A stretch of 64,000 nucleotides of DNA from an uncultured Candidatus Sumerlaeota bacterium. Its GTDB lineage: Bacteria > Sumerlaeota > Sumerlaeia > SLMS01 > CAYUNT01. A program made the position numbers and the translations under genes. Below are positions 1-9,538 of the stretch, piece by piece; the first letter of the stretch is position 1; each line of letters begins with the position of its first letter. The notes under the pieces are model-generated. The model searched no databases. It was not told the origin of the DNA and saw only the letters and a list, made by a program, of their open reading frames with translations. The stretch lies in NCBI GenBank assembly GCA_964446285.1, contig CAYUNT010000002.1, positions 32 to 64,031 on the forward strand, in the 5' to 3' direction.

Positions 1-69
1 AATCCCTGCTAATCATAGAAGGTTCACGGAATTGTCCTGGTTGCCTGGCATGAACTGTTCAAAGTTACT

Positions 70-122
70 GGTGGCACGGGCATCTTGCCCGTGATTCCGG
101 TGGCTTGGGCGTCTCGCCCAAG
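70..122. repeat. Tandem pair of REP-like palindromes (family A, GGTGGC-hairpin)
   Basis: ggtggCACGGGCAtctTGCCCGTG (70-93) followed by ccggtggCTTGGGCgtctcGCCCAAG (97-122); the family recurs at 39046, 59374, 59404 and 62899. Confidence 0.75.
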
Positions 123-305
123 ATTTTTCCGGCACTTTGAACAGTCCCTGAGTTGCCTGGCGTGCGTGCCTTTCCAAAATGCGCCTCGCGCTTGCCACAG
201 CCGCTAAATCCACCTTGCCCCGCCGTGTCTATGATATAGACGATGCAGTTGGGTTTGCGATAATCGCCGCGGACCTTGAAAGAACCCCAACCAAGGATCG
301 AAATC

Positions 306-1334
306 ATGTCTATGTCCACAAGTATATCGCTAAGCCAATGGGCGCGTTTGTATGACGCCGCTCAAAAATACAAAACCATGGCGTGCTGGGAATGGATGTA
401 TGACAGCGACATTTTCGGGGTCCAGAACCCCCTTACGCAGGAGGTGGGGTATTGCTGCATCATGGGGCGCAAGGGTGAGTTTTTCGCAATGGCGGTTTAT
501 CTGGGAACTCAAGGATTGGAGACCATCAATTCCATTCTTTCGGGCCGCCTTGGGCCAGGCAGCGACGATTTGATAGATGCGCAAAATTGCCTTATGCTTT
601 CATTTGGAGGCCGCGAGGAAATTGAACCGCGGGATCATCAAGTCATCAAACAACTGGGCCGCCAATTCCGCGGACGAACGGACTGGCCGTTGTTCCGCAG
701 ACACAAGCCCGGATATAGGCCGTGGTTTCTTGCTTCGGACGAAGTGGATTTTCTAGCGCTGGCCATCGAACAGGCGATGGAAGTCGCTCCGCGTGTGAAG
801 GACAATCCGGATTTCCTGATTTCAGATGAGAAGGAACGCTACCTGGTTCGAGTCTCGGAATCCATCGAAGGCAATCTATCCTGGCGCGATGAGTGGAAAA
901 AACCGTCTGCCCTTATTCACAAACCGTTGGCAGTCCGGGTGAACGAAAGTCTGTTGAAACAGGCCTGCCAGGCGATCGAACAGCGAGGCGGAACCTGGTT
1001 GTATGACCTGTATTATGGACCGTTCACGATACAAGAGACGGAACCTCATTATTTGCCTCTCATGAGCCTGTGGATGGACCTCGATTCAGAGGCGATCCTG
1101 GGTTTTGAAATGACAGCCCCCGACGAGGGACTGGAGACACACGCGGAGTGTCTTCTTAAACTCGTGTGCAAATCGCATGTCTGCCCGGAAAAGGTCCTGG
1201 TTATGCGGGAACGCGCGGGCGAACTCCTTGCGCCACTTGCCAAGGAGCTGAATTTTCAACTCCTGATCACCGAGCGGCTGCCCCCATTAGAGAATGCAAA
1301 ACGCTCCATGAAGCAATTCATGTCCCGAGTCTGA
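306..1334 (+). CDS. Conserved hypothetical protein
   Basis: Long ORF with protein-like composition (W..LYDAA..YK...CWEWMYDSDIFGVQNP...GYCCIMGRKGEFFAMAVYLG); ATG at 306 or 312 preferred over TTG at 276. Confidence 0.8.
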   Translation: MSMSTSISLSQWARLYDAAQKYKTMACWEWMYDSDIFGVQNPLTQEVGYCCIMGRKGEFFAMAVYLGTQGLETINSILSGRLGPGSDDLIDAQNCLMLSFGGREEIEPRDHQVIKQLGRQFRGRTDWPLFRRHKPGYRPWFLASDEVDFLALAIEQAMEVAPRVKDNPDFLISDEKERYLVRVSESIEGNLSWRDEWKKPSALIHKPLAVRVNESLLKQACQAIEQRGGTWLYDLYYGPFTIQETEPHYLPLMSLWMDLDSEAILGFEMTAPDEGLETHAECLLKLVCKSHVCPEKVLVMRERAGELLAPLAKELNFQLLITERLPPLENAKRSMKQFMSRV

Positions 1335-1370
1335 TAATTATCGGCATCTCGATGCTCTTTATGACCTCAG

Positions 1371-1410
1371 AAAAAGAAAAAGGGGCAGACCGGGAGGTCT
1401 GCCCCACATT
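1371..1410 (-). terminator. GC hairpin with T-tract on the minus strand: terminator for melA, possibly REP-derived
   Basis: GGGGCAGACC-ggga-GGTCTGCCCC perfect 10-bp stem next to an A-rich tract, between convergent genes. Confidence 0.65.
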
Positions 1411-1455
1411 TGCATCTTCTATTATGTGCTATGTCCGAACCGCCGCGGATGCGGG

Positions 1456-2793
1456 TTATTTCTTGAACTGCGGCAGCCAATCGGCCTGCGCGGCGAACAT
1501 TTCGTCGGTCATCGCCTGGATTTCGTCGAGCGAGCACACGGCGGCCGTCAGCGGATCGTAGGCGAGCGCCCAGAATACCATGCGTTTGTCACCCGTCAGC
1601 GCGGCGCGGACGGCCATTTGCTGCACGGCCACGTTCGCGGCGTTCAGCGCGGCGCATTGCGGCGGCAACTCGCCCACCTGGCACGGATGGAATCCGCTCT
1701 TGTCCACATAGCACGGAACCTCGACGCAGCATCCGCGCGGAAGGTTCGTGATGTGGCCGTCGTTGCGGATATTGCCGTTGATGCGCGCGGTTTCGCCCGT
1801 CTCAAGCGCGTTCACGATCTTCGACCCATACTCGCGCGAGACATGCAGGTTGAGCGGCGTCTTGCCCGAGGCCATATCCTTCATTTCCTGCATCCAGTTG
1901 GCGCGGTCGCCTCCGTAGAGCTGTTTGATGAATCCCGTGCCGCCGTTCCAGCTGCCGCCCGGGCAATACTTCTTGATGAGCGCGGGCCGTTTGCGGAACC
2001 ACCAGTTGTATTCCGAGTTGTGGCCGCTCGATTCCGTAACGGCGTAGCCGAGGTGCTTGAGCATTTCGCAGCGTGTCGTATCTTCGCGATACACCTCGGG
2101 GCGCGCGGCGGCCTTGTGGATGTGCGGATAGGCGTCTTTGCCGTTCCAGCGGAATTGCAGATACCACGCCTGGTGGTTGATGCCGGCGCACCAGTAGTCG
2201 ATGCTCGGGCCGGTTTCGCCAACGATCGGGTTGTCGATCGCGCCGATGCGCGTCGCCCACTGCCAGGCCGTTCCCTGAACGCTGTGGCAAAGACCGATGA
2301 TTTTGGCGCCTGTCGTCTCGAACCCCGACAGGCAGAGCATTGCCATCGGGTTGGTGTATTGCAGCACCCAGGCGTTGGGGCAGATGCGCTCGATGTCGCG
2401 GAAAATCGCGACCATGACCGGGATCGTGCGCAGGGCGCGGAATACGCCGCCTGGGCCGAGCGTGTCGCCGATGCACTGGTTCACGCCGTATTTGAGCGGG
2501 ATGTCGATGTCTTGCGAAATGACCTCGATGCCGCCGTGCAGGATCGAAACGATCACATAATCCGCGCCCTTGAGGGCCTTTTTGCGGTCCAGCGTGGCCT
2601 CAAGTTTGACCTTTTTGTGTCCGCCATCCTGGAGAATGCGGCGCGCCACGCCTTCGGCGTATTTCAGGCGCACGGGATCTACGTCCACCAGCGAGAATCG
2701 CGTTTCTTGAAGCGCGGGATACGAGAGAATATCAAACATGAGCTGGCGCGAAAACACAAGGCTTCCGGCTCCGATGATCACAACTTTCGGCAT
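1456..2793 (-). CDS. melA: Glycoside hydrolase family 4, NAD+-dependent alpha-galactosidase
   Basis: N-terminal KVVIIGAGS Rossmann motif, GDTLGPGGVFRALRT, YTNPMA, GLCHSVQ, AGINHQAW, TESSGHNSEY. Confidence 0.9.
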   Translation of the reverse strand: MPKVVIIGAGSLVFSRQLMFDILSYPALQETRFSLVDVDPVRLKYAEGVARRILQDGGHKKVKLEATLDRKKALKGADYVIVSILHGGIEVISQDIDIPLKYGVNQCIGDTLGPGGVFRALRTIPVMVAIFRDIERICPNAWVLQYTNPMAMLCLSGFETTGAKIIGLCHSVQGTAWQWATRIGAIDNPIVGETGPSIDYWCAGINHQAWYLQFRWNGKDAYPHIHKAAARPEVYREDTTRCEMLKHLGYAVTESSGHNSEYNWWFRKRPALIKKYCPGGSWNGGTGFIKQLYGGDRANWMQEMKDMASGKTPLNLHVSREYGSKIVNALETGETARINGNIRNDGHITNLPRGCCVEVPCYVDKSGFHPCQVGELPPQCAALNAANVAVQQMAVRAALTGDKRMVFWALAYDPLTAAVCSLDEIQAMTDEMFAAQADWLPQFKK

Positions 2794-3015
2794 GGTAAAA
2801 TTGGCTCCGTTTCGTCGGGAATCTCAGCAAAATGCGAACCGCCGCGCGCCCGGAATCCCGCGCAGGGAATTGGCGGATTGGCGGCAGCCGGGCCGAGAGA
2901 ATGCCCGCCTCGGGGGCGCTCGTCAAGGCCGAGCCGCGCCGGGAATCTGCGCCAAAACAGGCCCTCATATCAGATTAATTGATGCGAACTGTGAAAAGGG
3001 CTTAAACGAATAAAC

Positions 3016-3041
3016 AAAAAAAAGCCCCGATTGCTCGGGGC
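3016..3041 (-). terminator. Rho-independent terminator of the pilin-like gene
   Basis: Minus strand GCCCCGA-gcaa-TCGGGGC followed by T8. Confidence 0.7.
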
Positions 3042-3119
3042 CAAGGAACGGCAATCGGCAGCAAAGCCTGCCGGTCAAGGAGTGGGGTGATCCTAAAAGC
3101 CTATACGGAGATGGAATCG

Positions 3120-3746
3120 CTACTCGGCGTATTTCCCGTCGGAGAACTTCTGATTCCGCTCGATGTCGCCGACGCTCACCGTGCCGTTGGTCGCGTCGTA
3201 AATCACTTCCGTATAGGCAGGTTTGGAGTCTCCTGTGAAATCGCCATTGAAGATCAATTGATCGGGACCGCACGAGGTCAGACGCCACCAGCCATAGCGT
3301 TTCACGGAATACTCCTGATCGACAGGCTGGTTCGCATAGCGGGGGTCGTCGAAATTGCGGTAGTAATACTGGCGGCTCCACCAGAAGGGATTCGGACGCC
3401 CCGCGCGAAAAACGTCCTGCAGAACGCTGGCGGAGGTCAGATACGCAGTAGGCGTCGTCAGCAGCGGCGGATTGAGGCCATTGACATCCCAGAGCTGATT
3501 GTAGGGCGGCTGGCCGTAGGGAGGGTATTTGTTGTAATCAACCCGGTAGGATTCGAGTGCGAGGGCCACGTTGCGCATATCGCTGCGCACGCGCGAAACC
3601 TTCGAGCGCACTTGCGCCTCGAGGAAGTTGGGGATGGCGATCGCCGCCAGGATGGCGATGATGGCCACGACGATCAGAAGTTCGATCAGGGTAAAGGCCC
3701 TCGCGCCTGCGAATATCTTCGTGGATTTTAGCGGATTGCTATTCAT
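3120..3746 (-). CDS. Prepilin-type N-terminal cleavage/methylation domain protein (GspG/type IV pilin-like)
   Basis: ARA|FTLIELLIVVAIIAILAAIAIPNF class III signal; C-terminal WRLTSCGPD...YDATNGTVSVGDI; start at ATG 3746. Confidence 0.9.
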   Translation of the reverse strand: MNSNPLKSTKIFAGARAFTLIELLIVVAIIAILAAIAIPNFLEAQVRSKVSRVRSDMRNVALALESYRVDYNKYPPYGQPPYNQLWDVNGLNPPLLTTPTAYLTSASVLQDVFRAGRPNPFWWSRQYYYRNFDDPRYANQPVDQEYSVKRYGWWRLTSCGPDQLIFNGDFTGDSKPAYTEVIYDATNGTVSVGDIERNQKFSDGKYAE

Positions 3747-4030
3747 TGGGCGCTGCCTCCTTTGCGATTTGGCTTGGTGTTTCCCGCCGGAGCGTGGCGA
3801 GATAGTTTGTTGTTTCAATCAACTTATACAAGCACCCCCCGCGCGCCGTCAAGCGCCAAAACACAAGCGCGAAAAATAATTTCACCCCGCAAGGCGCCCG
3901 AGGTTTTCCCGTTGCATTCCGCCCATTCTGGCAATAAGTGATGTTTTGCCGCGCCGGGATTCTCCGCCAGACTCCGCCCTCGGCGATGGCTGGCGGGCAA
4001 ACTTTAGCGCTGTTGCCGATGGGCAGAAAT

Positions 4031-4115
4031 GCCCCGTCACTTCGTTCCGGGTTCTGCAAGAACGAACAAGTCGCAAAGCACACTTCATGCGGAACCCCGA
4101 ACGAAGTGGCGGGGC
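4031..4115. repeat. Inverted REP-like doublet (family C)
   Basis: GCCCCGTCACTTCGTTCCGGGTTCTGCA ... TGCGGAACCCCGAACGAAGTGGCGGGGC; second copy at 13197-13280. Confidence 0.75.
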
Positions 4116-4215
4116 TGCAAAAGGTAAAAAGGCGCCTCGGCTTAATAATGGCATCAGTGTGCGCCCGCGCCTGGCAGCCCTTCACCTTCCTCATCGAAGG
4201 ACGCTGGCACGCTTC

Positions 4216-5400
4216 ATGAAAATGCGCAAAATCAACACGGCCATCGCTTCTCGCATCAACCGCTCCTTCGTGCTTGCGCAAATTTACCGCCACCCGCTCA
4301 TTTCACGCGCGGAACTGGCCAATCGCACCGGTCTTGATCGTTCCGCCGTCACGCACATCCTCAACCACCTCATCGAGTGCGGGCTGGTCGAGGAGGTGAA
4401 GAAGGGCAAAGCCGGCGCGCGCGGCGGACGCTGCCCCATCCAGTTGCAGGTTCGCTACGATGCCGCTTGCCTCATCGCCATCGAGATCGGCCTTGGCAAA
4501 CTCACATGCGTCATCGCAAACCTCGAAGGGCGCGAACTGGCGCGCGACGAAATGGACATCGCCCGCGGCGAACCGCTGCTCGGCATCCTCGTCCGCTTTC
4601 TCGATCCCTTGCGCCGCCGCCGCCGGAAGCTCTTTCAGGACGCCGCGCTCATCGGCATCACCTGCCCGGGCGTGGTGGATAGCGCCGCCGGACGCATGGT
4701 GTTTAATATCTTTCACAACTGGCGCGGCGTGGATGTGGCCAGCCATCTCGAATCCCGATATGGCAAGCCGGTTTTTATGGAAAACGACGCCAACGCCGCC
4801 GCCATGGGCGAACTCTACAAACTCGGCCCCGCCCAGCAGGTCCACAGCCTGATTTATTTGTTCCTGCGCGCCTCGGCGCCCGGCGGACCCAGCCTGCTCG
4901 GGGTGGGCGGCGCCATTATCCTAAATGGCCGCCTTTGGCCCGGCGCGCATTTTTGCGCGGGTGAGGTCTCGGAAACCGTCAACGCCGCCTTTTCGCACAT
5001 CATGCAGCAACTGCGCCAGCGCCTGGAAAAATCGCCGGGCGGGATGGGTGCTCCGCAAACCCTCGCGGAACTCTTGCGGCTCGGCGAACAAGGCCATGCC
5101 GATTGCCAATGGGCGTTGAATGAGATTGCCGCACGGATCGGACAATTGCTGGGCGATTTTGCCTCGTTCCTGGATACACAAGGGGTTTTGGTGCATGTGC
5201 ATCCCCCCGAGGGCACGCAATCGCTTGTTGAAAAAATCCGCGAGGCATTCGTGCGCAATTACCGCCTGCCCGGCAACGGATCGGTCGAGTTTTTGCCGCC
5301 ACAACTAGGCGCAAAGGCCGTTCTGGAAGGGATCATCCGCCTTGCTTTGGAACGGGTTTTCATCCACGACGCCACGCAAAATTCCATCCTGTTTCCCTGA
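4216..5400 (+). CDS. ROK family transcriptional regulator (NagC/XylR-like)
   Basis: N-terminal wHTH (ISRAELANRTGLDRSAVTHILNHLIECGLVEE...GGRCP), IGITCPGVVD, VFMENDANAAAMGE, GVGGAIILNGRLWPG...AGEV. Confidence 0.9.
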   Translation: MKMRKINTAIASRINRSFVLAQIYRHPLISRAELANRTGLDRSAVTHILNHLIECGLVEEVKKGKAGARGGRCPIQLQVRYDAACLIAIEIGLGKLTCVIANLEGRELARDEMDIARGEPLLGILVRFLDPLRRRRRKLFQDAALIGITCPGVVDSAAGRMVFNIFHNWRGVDVASHLESRYGKPVFMENDANAAAMGELYKLGPAQQVHSLIYLFLRASAPGGPSLLGVGGAIILNGRLWPGAHFCAGEVSETVNAAFSHIMQQLRQRLEKSPGGMGAPQTLAELLRLGEQGHADCQWALNEIAARIGQLLGDFASFLDTQGVLVHVHPPEGTQSLVEKIREAFVRNYRLPGNGSVEFLPPQLGAKAVLEGIIRLALERVFIHDATQNSILFP

Positions 5401-5479
5401 ACAATTCGAGTTTCCTTGAACAATCCGAGGCGGGTTTCCCGCCCTCCTGGCAACGCTGTGTGCCACCTTCTCTGTCGAG

Positions 5480-5514
5480 GGTCCCATAGGTCCCATTCGT
5501 CCTATAGGTCCCAT
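5480..5514. repeat. Short 9-bp-type tandem repeat (GGTCCCATA)
   Basis: ggtcccataggtcccattcgtcctataggtcccat between convergent ROK and mutS genes. Confidence 0.55.
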
Positions 5515-5553
5515 TTTCGCTATTGGGGCAGCAGGCTTTCAGAAAAACAGGTG

Positions 5554-8500
5554 TTATTTTTCCGCCAGTTTCTTCAATTCTTGCAATAGGTTCAGGGCTT
5601 CAAGCGGCGTCAGGCGGTCGATTTGCAGGCCTCTGAGGCGTTCGAGGGCCGGATGCGGCGGCGCGTCGAATAGCGAGAGTTGCACGGCGGACTGGCGCGC
5701 GGCCTCGAACTCGTCGAGAAACCCGAGCCGTCCGCCCCGGCGCCGCGGTTTGACCGGCGCGGACGAAGCCGCGGACTCTCCCGGCACTCCCTCCGCGTTC
5801 TCTGCGTTCCCCGCGTTTTGTGCGTTCTTCGCGTTCTTCGCGTTCTCTGCGTTTCCTCCCTTGCTCGCCCCCGCCCCGGAATCCACAGCAAGCGCCTGGC
5901 CGTTTTCAAGCGACTTGAGAATGGAGCGCGCCCGCCGGATCGCCCGCGCCGGCACGCCGGCCAGTTTCGCCGCGTAAATCCCATAGCTGCGGTCCGCCGC
6001 GCCATTGACGATCTTATACAAAAACACAATCCGCTCGGGGTCCTCGACGACCGCCACATTGTAATTGCGCAGCCGCGGCAGCCGCCCTTCGAGGTCGGTC
6101 AGTTCATGATAATGCGTCGCGAAAAGCGTTCGCGGACGCCGTCCGGGCGTGTTGTGCAGGTGTTCGAGCACGGCCCAGGCGATCGAAATGCCATCGTAGG
6201 TCGAAGTGCCGCGCCCGATTTCATCGAGAATCACAAGGGATTTGTCCGTGGCGTTGTTGAGGATGTTCGCCGTTTCGAGCATCTCGACGAGGAACGTTGA
6301 TTGCCCGCGCGCCAAGTGATCCATCGCCCCCACGCGCGTGAAAATGCGGTCGAGCAGCGCAATATCCGCCTCGCGCGCTGGAACAAACGACCCCACATGG
6401 GCCATCAGGGCGATCAACGCCACCTGGCGGATATAAGTGGATTTTCCGGCCATGTTCGGACCCGTGATGAGGCCGATCTGGCGCGTGTCGGAATCGAGCC
6501 GCGTATCGTTGGGCACAAACGGCGCATCGACCTGCACGGCTTCGAGCACGGGGTGGCGCCCGTCGCGGATTTCGATGCGCCCGTCATCGTTGATGCGCGG
6601 ACGCACGTATCCGCCCGCCAGCGCCGCTTCGGCCAGCCCAAGCAACGCATCGAGCCGCGCAAGCAGCCGTCCTTGCGCCAAAATCGCCTCGACCTGCGAC
6701 GCCGTCTCCAGGCGCAGTTCCTCGAAAAGCCGCGCCTCCAGGCCGTTGATCCGCTCCTCGGCGTGGAGGATGATTTCTTCCTTTTCCTTGAGTTCGGGCG
6801 TGATGAACCGCTCGCCGTTCGCGATGGTCTGGCGGCGCTGATAGTCGGCGGGCAAGTCGCCGATCTGGCGCAGTTGGGCGTTGGTCAGTTCAATATAATA
6901 GCCGAAAACCTTGTTAAATCCGACCTTCAGGTTGGGCAGATTGAGGCGCTGGGCCTCGCGCGCGCGGAACGCGGCGATCCAGCCTTTCGTGTCATGCGCC
7001 ACCGTCTTGATTTCATCGAGTTCGGCGTTCCAGCCCGGACGGATCACGCCGCCATCGCGCGCCGTGAGGGGCGGATCGTCCGTGAGGGCGCGGCGCAGGC
7101 GGTCTCGCAGCGGATCGAGCGGGTCCAGCCCTTCGCGCGTCGCGGCAAGCAATTCCGAGCGCGCCGGTTCGAGCGCGGCGGCCAGGCGCGGCAGACGGTC
7201 GAGCGCGGCGCGGATGGCCGACAAATCGCGCGGACCGGCCCGCCCGCAGGCCACGCGGCTCGCTACGCGCTCAAGGTCCGGCAGCCCCGCCAGCGATTCG
7301 GCCGCGCGCGAACGCAACGCCAGCGAATGGAAGAATTCCTCGACGGCATCGAGGCGGCGTTCAATTTCCGCGGCGCGCCCAAGCGGCGACAAAACCCACT
7401 GGCGCAGCAACCGCCCGCCCATCGCCGTGCGCGTGCGGTCGATCACGGCCAGGAGCGTTCCGTCGCGCCCGCCCGAATGCAGATTGCGCACAAGTTCGAG
7501 GCTGCGCTGTGTCACGGCGTCGAGCACCAGGCAGTCGTCCGTGCGCCAGACTCGTAACTCGCGCAGGTGGGCAATCGCGCCCTTTTGCGTTTCCTGGAGA
7601 TAATCGAGCGCCGCGCCCGCCGCCCCAAGCGCCACGCTGAGATGCTCCGCGCCAAATCCTTCGAGGCTTTGGACGCCAAAATGGCGCTGGAGGAGGCGGC
7701 GCGAACGCGCGGGATCAAAGCGGTCGGCGGGGCGGCGCGTCAGGCGCGCGCGCGATTCGCCGATGCCTCCCACCGCGCCCGCTCCTCCCCCGCCGCTTCC
7801 GATTCCGCCTGTGGCCGCCGCCACAAACGCCTCGGGGAATCCTTCTGGCAAAAGGATTTCCGCCGGTTCGAGGCGCACGAGTTCCGAAAACACCTCTTCG
7901 CGCGCGCGCGGGCCTTCGAGTTCCGTGACGGCGAACGCGCCCGTCGAAAGGTCGGCGATGGCGATGCCGAACACGCCCTTTTCCGAAAAAAGTTCCAGGG
8001 AAGCGGCATCTGTGCGCGCGCTCGCTGTTTCCGGCGGCGAGACGCAGCCGCTCCCCCTCAGGCCGTTTTCCTCCCGTCCAAACAGGTCTTCCAAACCCGC
8101 AGGGGCGCCTGCCCCGCAAGTTTCATTTTCCGCCCCTCCGCGCGCGGGCTGCCAAGTGATCGCCATCAGGTAATTGTTCGCGCGATCATCCAGAATCCCC
8201 GGTTCGAGCGCCGTCCCCGGCGTGATGACCCGCACGATGTCGCGCCGAACCAGGCCTTTCGCCTGTTTCGGGTCTTCCATTTGCTCGGCGATGGCCACGC
8301 TGCGGCCCGATTTGACGAGTTTCGCCAGATAACTTTCGATCGCGTGATACGGAACGCCCGCCATCGCCACTTCGCCGTCCACGCCCGCCGTTTTGCGCGT
8401 AACGACGATGTTCAGCAGCCGCCCGGCCTCGTCCGCGTCCTCGAAGTAGGTTTCGTAGAAATCCCCGCATCGAAACAGCAATATGCAATCCGGGTGCTCT

Positions 8501-8556
8501 TGTTTCAAGCGCCGGAACTGGCGCATCATCGGAGTTGCCAAATCCTGCATACTCAC
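5554..8556 (-). CDS. mutS: DNA mismatch repair protein MutS (with low-complexity insertions)
   Basis: TPMMRQF, FRCGDFYETYFEDA, Walker A ITGPNMAGKSTYIRQ, STFLVEM, DEIGRGTST, LFATHYHELT; start GTG 8556 or ATG 8550. Confidence 0.97.
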   Translation of the reverse strand: MSMQDLATPMMRQFRRLKQEHPDCILLFRCGDFYETYFEDADEAGRLLNIVVTRKTAGVDGEVAMAGVPYHAIESYLAKLVKSGRSVAIAEQMEDPKQAKGLVRRDIVRVITPGTALEPGILDDRANNYLMAITWQPARGGAENETCGAGAPAGLEDLFGREENGLRGSGCVSPPETASARTDAASLELFSEKGVFGIAIADLSTGAFAVTELEGPRAREEVFSELVRLEPAEILLPEGFPEAFVAAATGGIGSGGGGAGAVGGIGESRARLTRRPADRFDPARSRRLLQRHFGVQSLEGFGAEHLSVALGAAGAALDYLQETQKGAIAHLRELRVWRTDDCLVLDAVTQRSLELVRNLHSGGRDGTLLAVIDRTRTAMGGRLLRQWVLSPLGRAAEIERRLDAVEEFFHSLALRSRAAESLAGLPDLERVASRVACGRAGPRDLSAIRAALDRLPRLAAALEPARSELLAATREGLDPLDPLRDRLRRALTDDPPLTARDGGVIRPGWNAELDEIKTVAHDTKGWIAAFRAREAQRLNLPNLKVGFNKVFGYYIELTNAQLRQIGDLPADYQRRQTIANGERFITPELKEKEEIILHAEERINGLEARLFEELRLETASQVEAILAQGRLLARLDALLGLAEAALAGGYVRPRINDDGRIEIRDGRHPVLEAVQVDAPFVPNDTRLDSDTRQIGLITGPNMAGKSTYIRQVALIALMAHVGSFVPAREADIALLDRIFTRVGAMDHLARGQSTFLVEMLETANILNNATDKSLVILDEIGRGTSTYDGISIAWAVLEHLHNTPGRRPRTLFATHYHELTDLEGRLPRLRNYNVAVVEDPERIVFLYKIVNGAADRSYGIYAAKLAGVPARAIRRARSILKSLENGQALAVDSGAGASKGGNAENAKNAKNAQNAGNAENAEGVPGESAASSAPVKPRRRGGRLGFLDEFEAARQSAVQLSLFDAPPHPALERLRGLQIDRLTPLEALNLLQELKKLAEK

Positions 8557-8563
8557 ATCTCTT

Positions 8564-8603
8564 CACTCACAACTCGCCACTCACAACCCACAACTCACAA
8601 CTC
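8564..8603. repeat. Heptamer tandem repeat (CACAACT/CACAACC)
   Basis: cactcacaactcgccactcacaacccacaactcacaactc fills the spacer upstream of mutS; related arrays at 23168, 38938 and 62829. Confidence 0.75.
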
Positions 8604-9249
8604 AAAACCCAATAATCCACCCCGTCAGCCCAATGAAAAAACCGATCAGCGAATGAAACAGCGCCCGCGTCATGGGAAACATGAATAGAAGCATTAGAAT
8701 CAAAATTCCAAAACGTGAGGCCATAAAGAAATACTGATACCATTCCTCGTGGTTTTTGATGACAAGGTGCCATAGGACATGGCTGCCATCGAGCGGCGGA
8801 ATCGGGATCATGTTGAACACCATCAGGACAATGTTAATGATGATCATGTATCCGATGATCGTGGCGGCGGCGTCGGGCAGATGGCCTGGCACAATGATTT
8901 TCCAGATTTTCAAAAGAAGGACCGTCAGCAAAACCAGCAGGAAGTTGGAAGCCGGACCCGCGATGGCCACAATCATTCCCCAACCCGGTCGGCGGAAATT
9001 TTCCTCCTGAACAGGCACGGGTTTGGCCCATCCGAAGAGGAATGGCACGTTGGAGAAAATGGCAAGGAGCGGCAGAATAATCGTGCCAATCGGGTCGATG
9101 TGGGCGATGGGATTGAGCGTCAGACGGCCCTGGTAGGCTGCCGTCCGATCTCCGCCCCAATACGCCGTCAGCGCGTGCGAAAACTCATGCACAGTCAGCG
9201 ACAGCAAAAACACGGGAAACATCAAGAAGGCTTCGGCTGGGATATTCAT
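8602..9249 (-). CDS. Site-2 protease family (M50) membrane metalloprotease
   Basis: HEFSH zinc motif, GRLTLNPIAHIDPIG, AIAGPASN, FNMIPIPPLDGSH. Confidence 0.93.
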   Translation of the reverse strand: MNIPAEAFLMFPVFLLSLTVHEFSHALTAYWGGDRTAAYQGRLTLNPIAHIDPIGTIILPLLAIFSNVPFLFGWAKPVPVQEENFRRPGWGMIVAIAGPASNFLLVLLTVLLLKIWKIIVPGHLPDAAATIIGYMIIINIVLMVFNMIPIPPLDGSHVLWHLVIKNHEEWYQYFFMASRFGILILMLLFMFPMTRALFHSLIGFFIGLTGWIIGF

Positions 9250-9456
9250 GAGGAAGCTCGGAGGCGCAACTCCTTGCGTGGCATTGCATTTCCAGGGGCG
9301 GACGTGTTCCCGGAAGGCGTCGCAAATCGCACGCCCTGCCGGGTCTTTTCCTCATGCCCGCGCGCCAAAGTCAACGCCATTGCCCCGGATTGCTTATTCC
9401 CAAAAATGAATAATCACCGCAAAAAACGCAAGACACCAACACCACAAGAGAAGATT

Positions 9457-9536
9457 TTACCACGAAAGGCACGAAAATAACGAAAAAAGAATGTATCTTT
9501 CTTCCTTTTCGTTCCTTTCGCATTTTTCGCGGCAAT
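9457..9536. repeat. Imperfect inverted repeat of ACGAAA-rich units
   Basis: ccacgaaaggcacgaaaataacgaaaa ... ttttcgttcctttcgcatttttcgcgg; sibling at 19021-19104. Confidence 0.55.
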
Positions 9537-9538
9537 AA

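Noticed and set aside
1-16. Start of a minus-strand gene leaving the window (ATG at 16)
   Set aside because: Only five codons are visible, which is too little to support a call.
1426-2982. Long ORFs antisense to real genes (for example 1426-2982, 6301-7557, 10092-11465, 42587-44962)
   Set aside because: Shadow frames caused by GC-rich codon bias opposite well-supported genes; no recognisable motifs.
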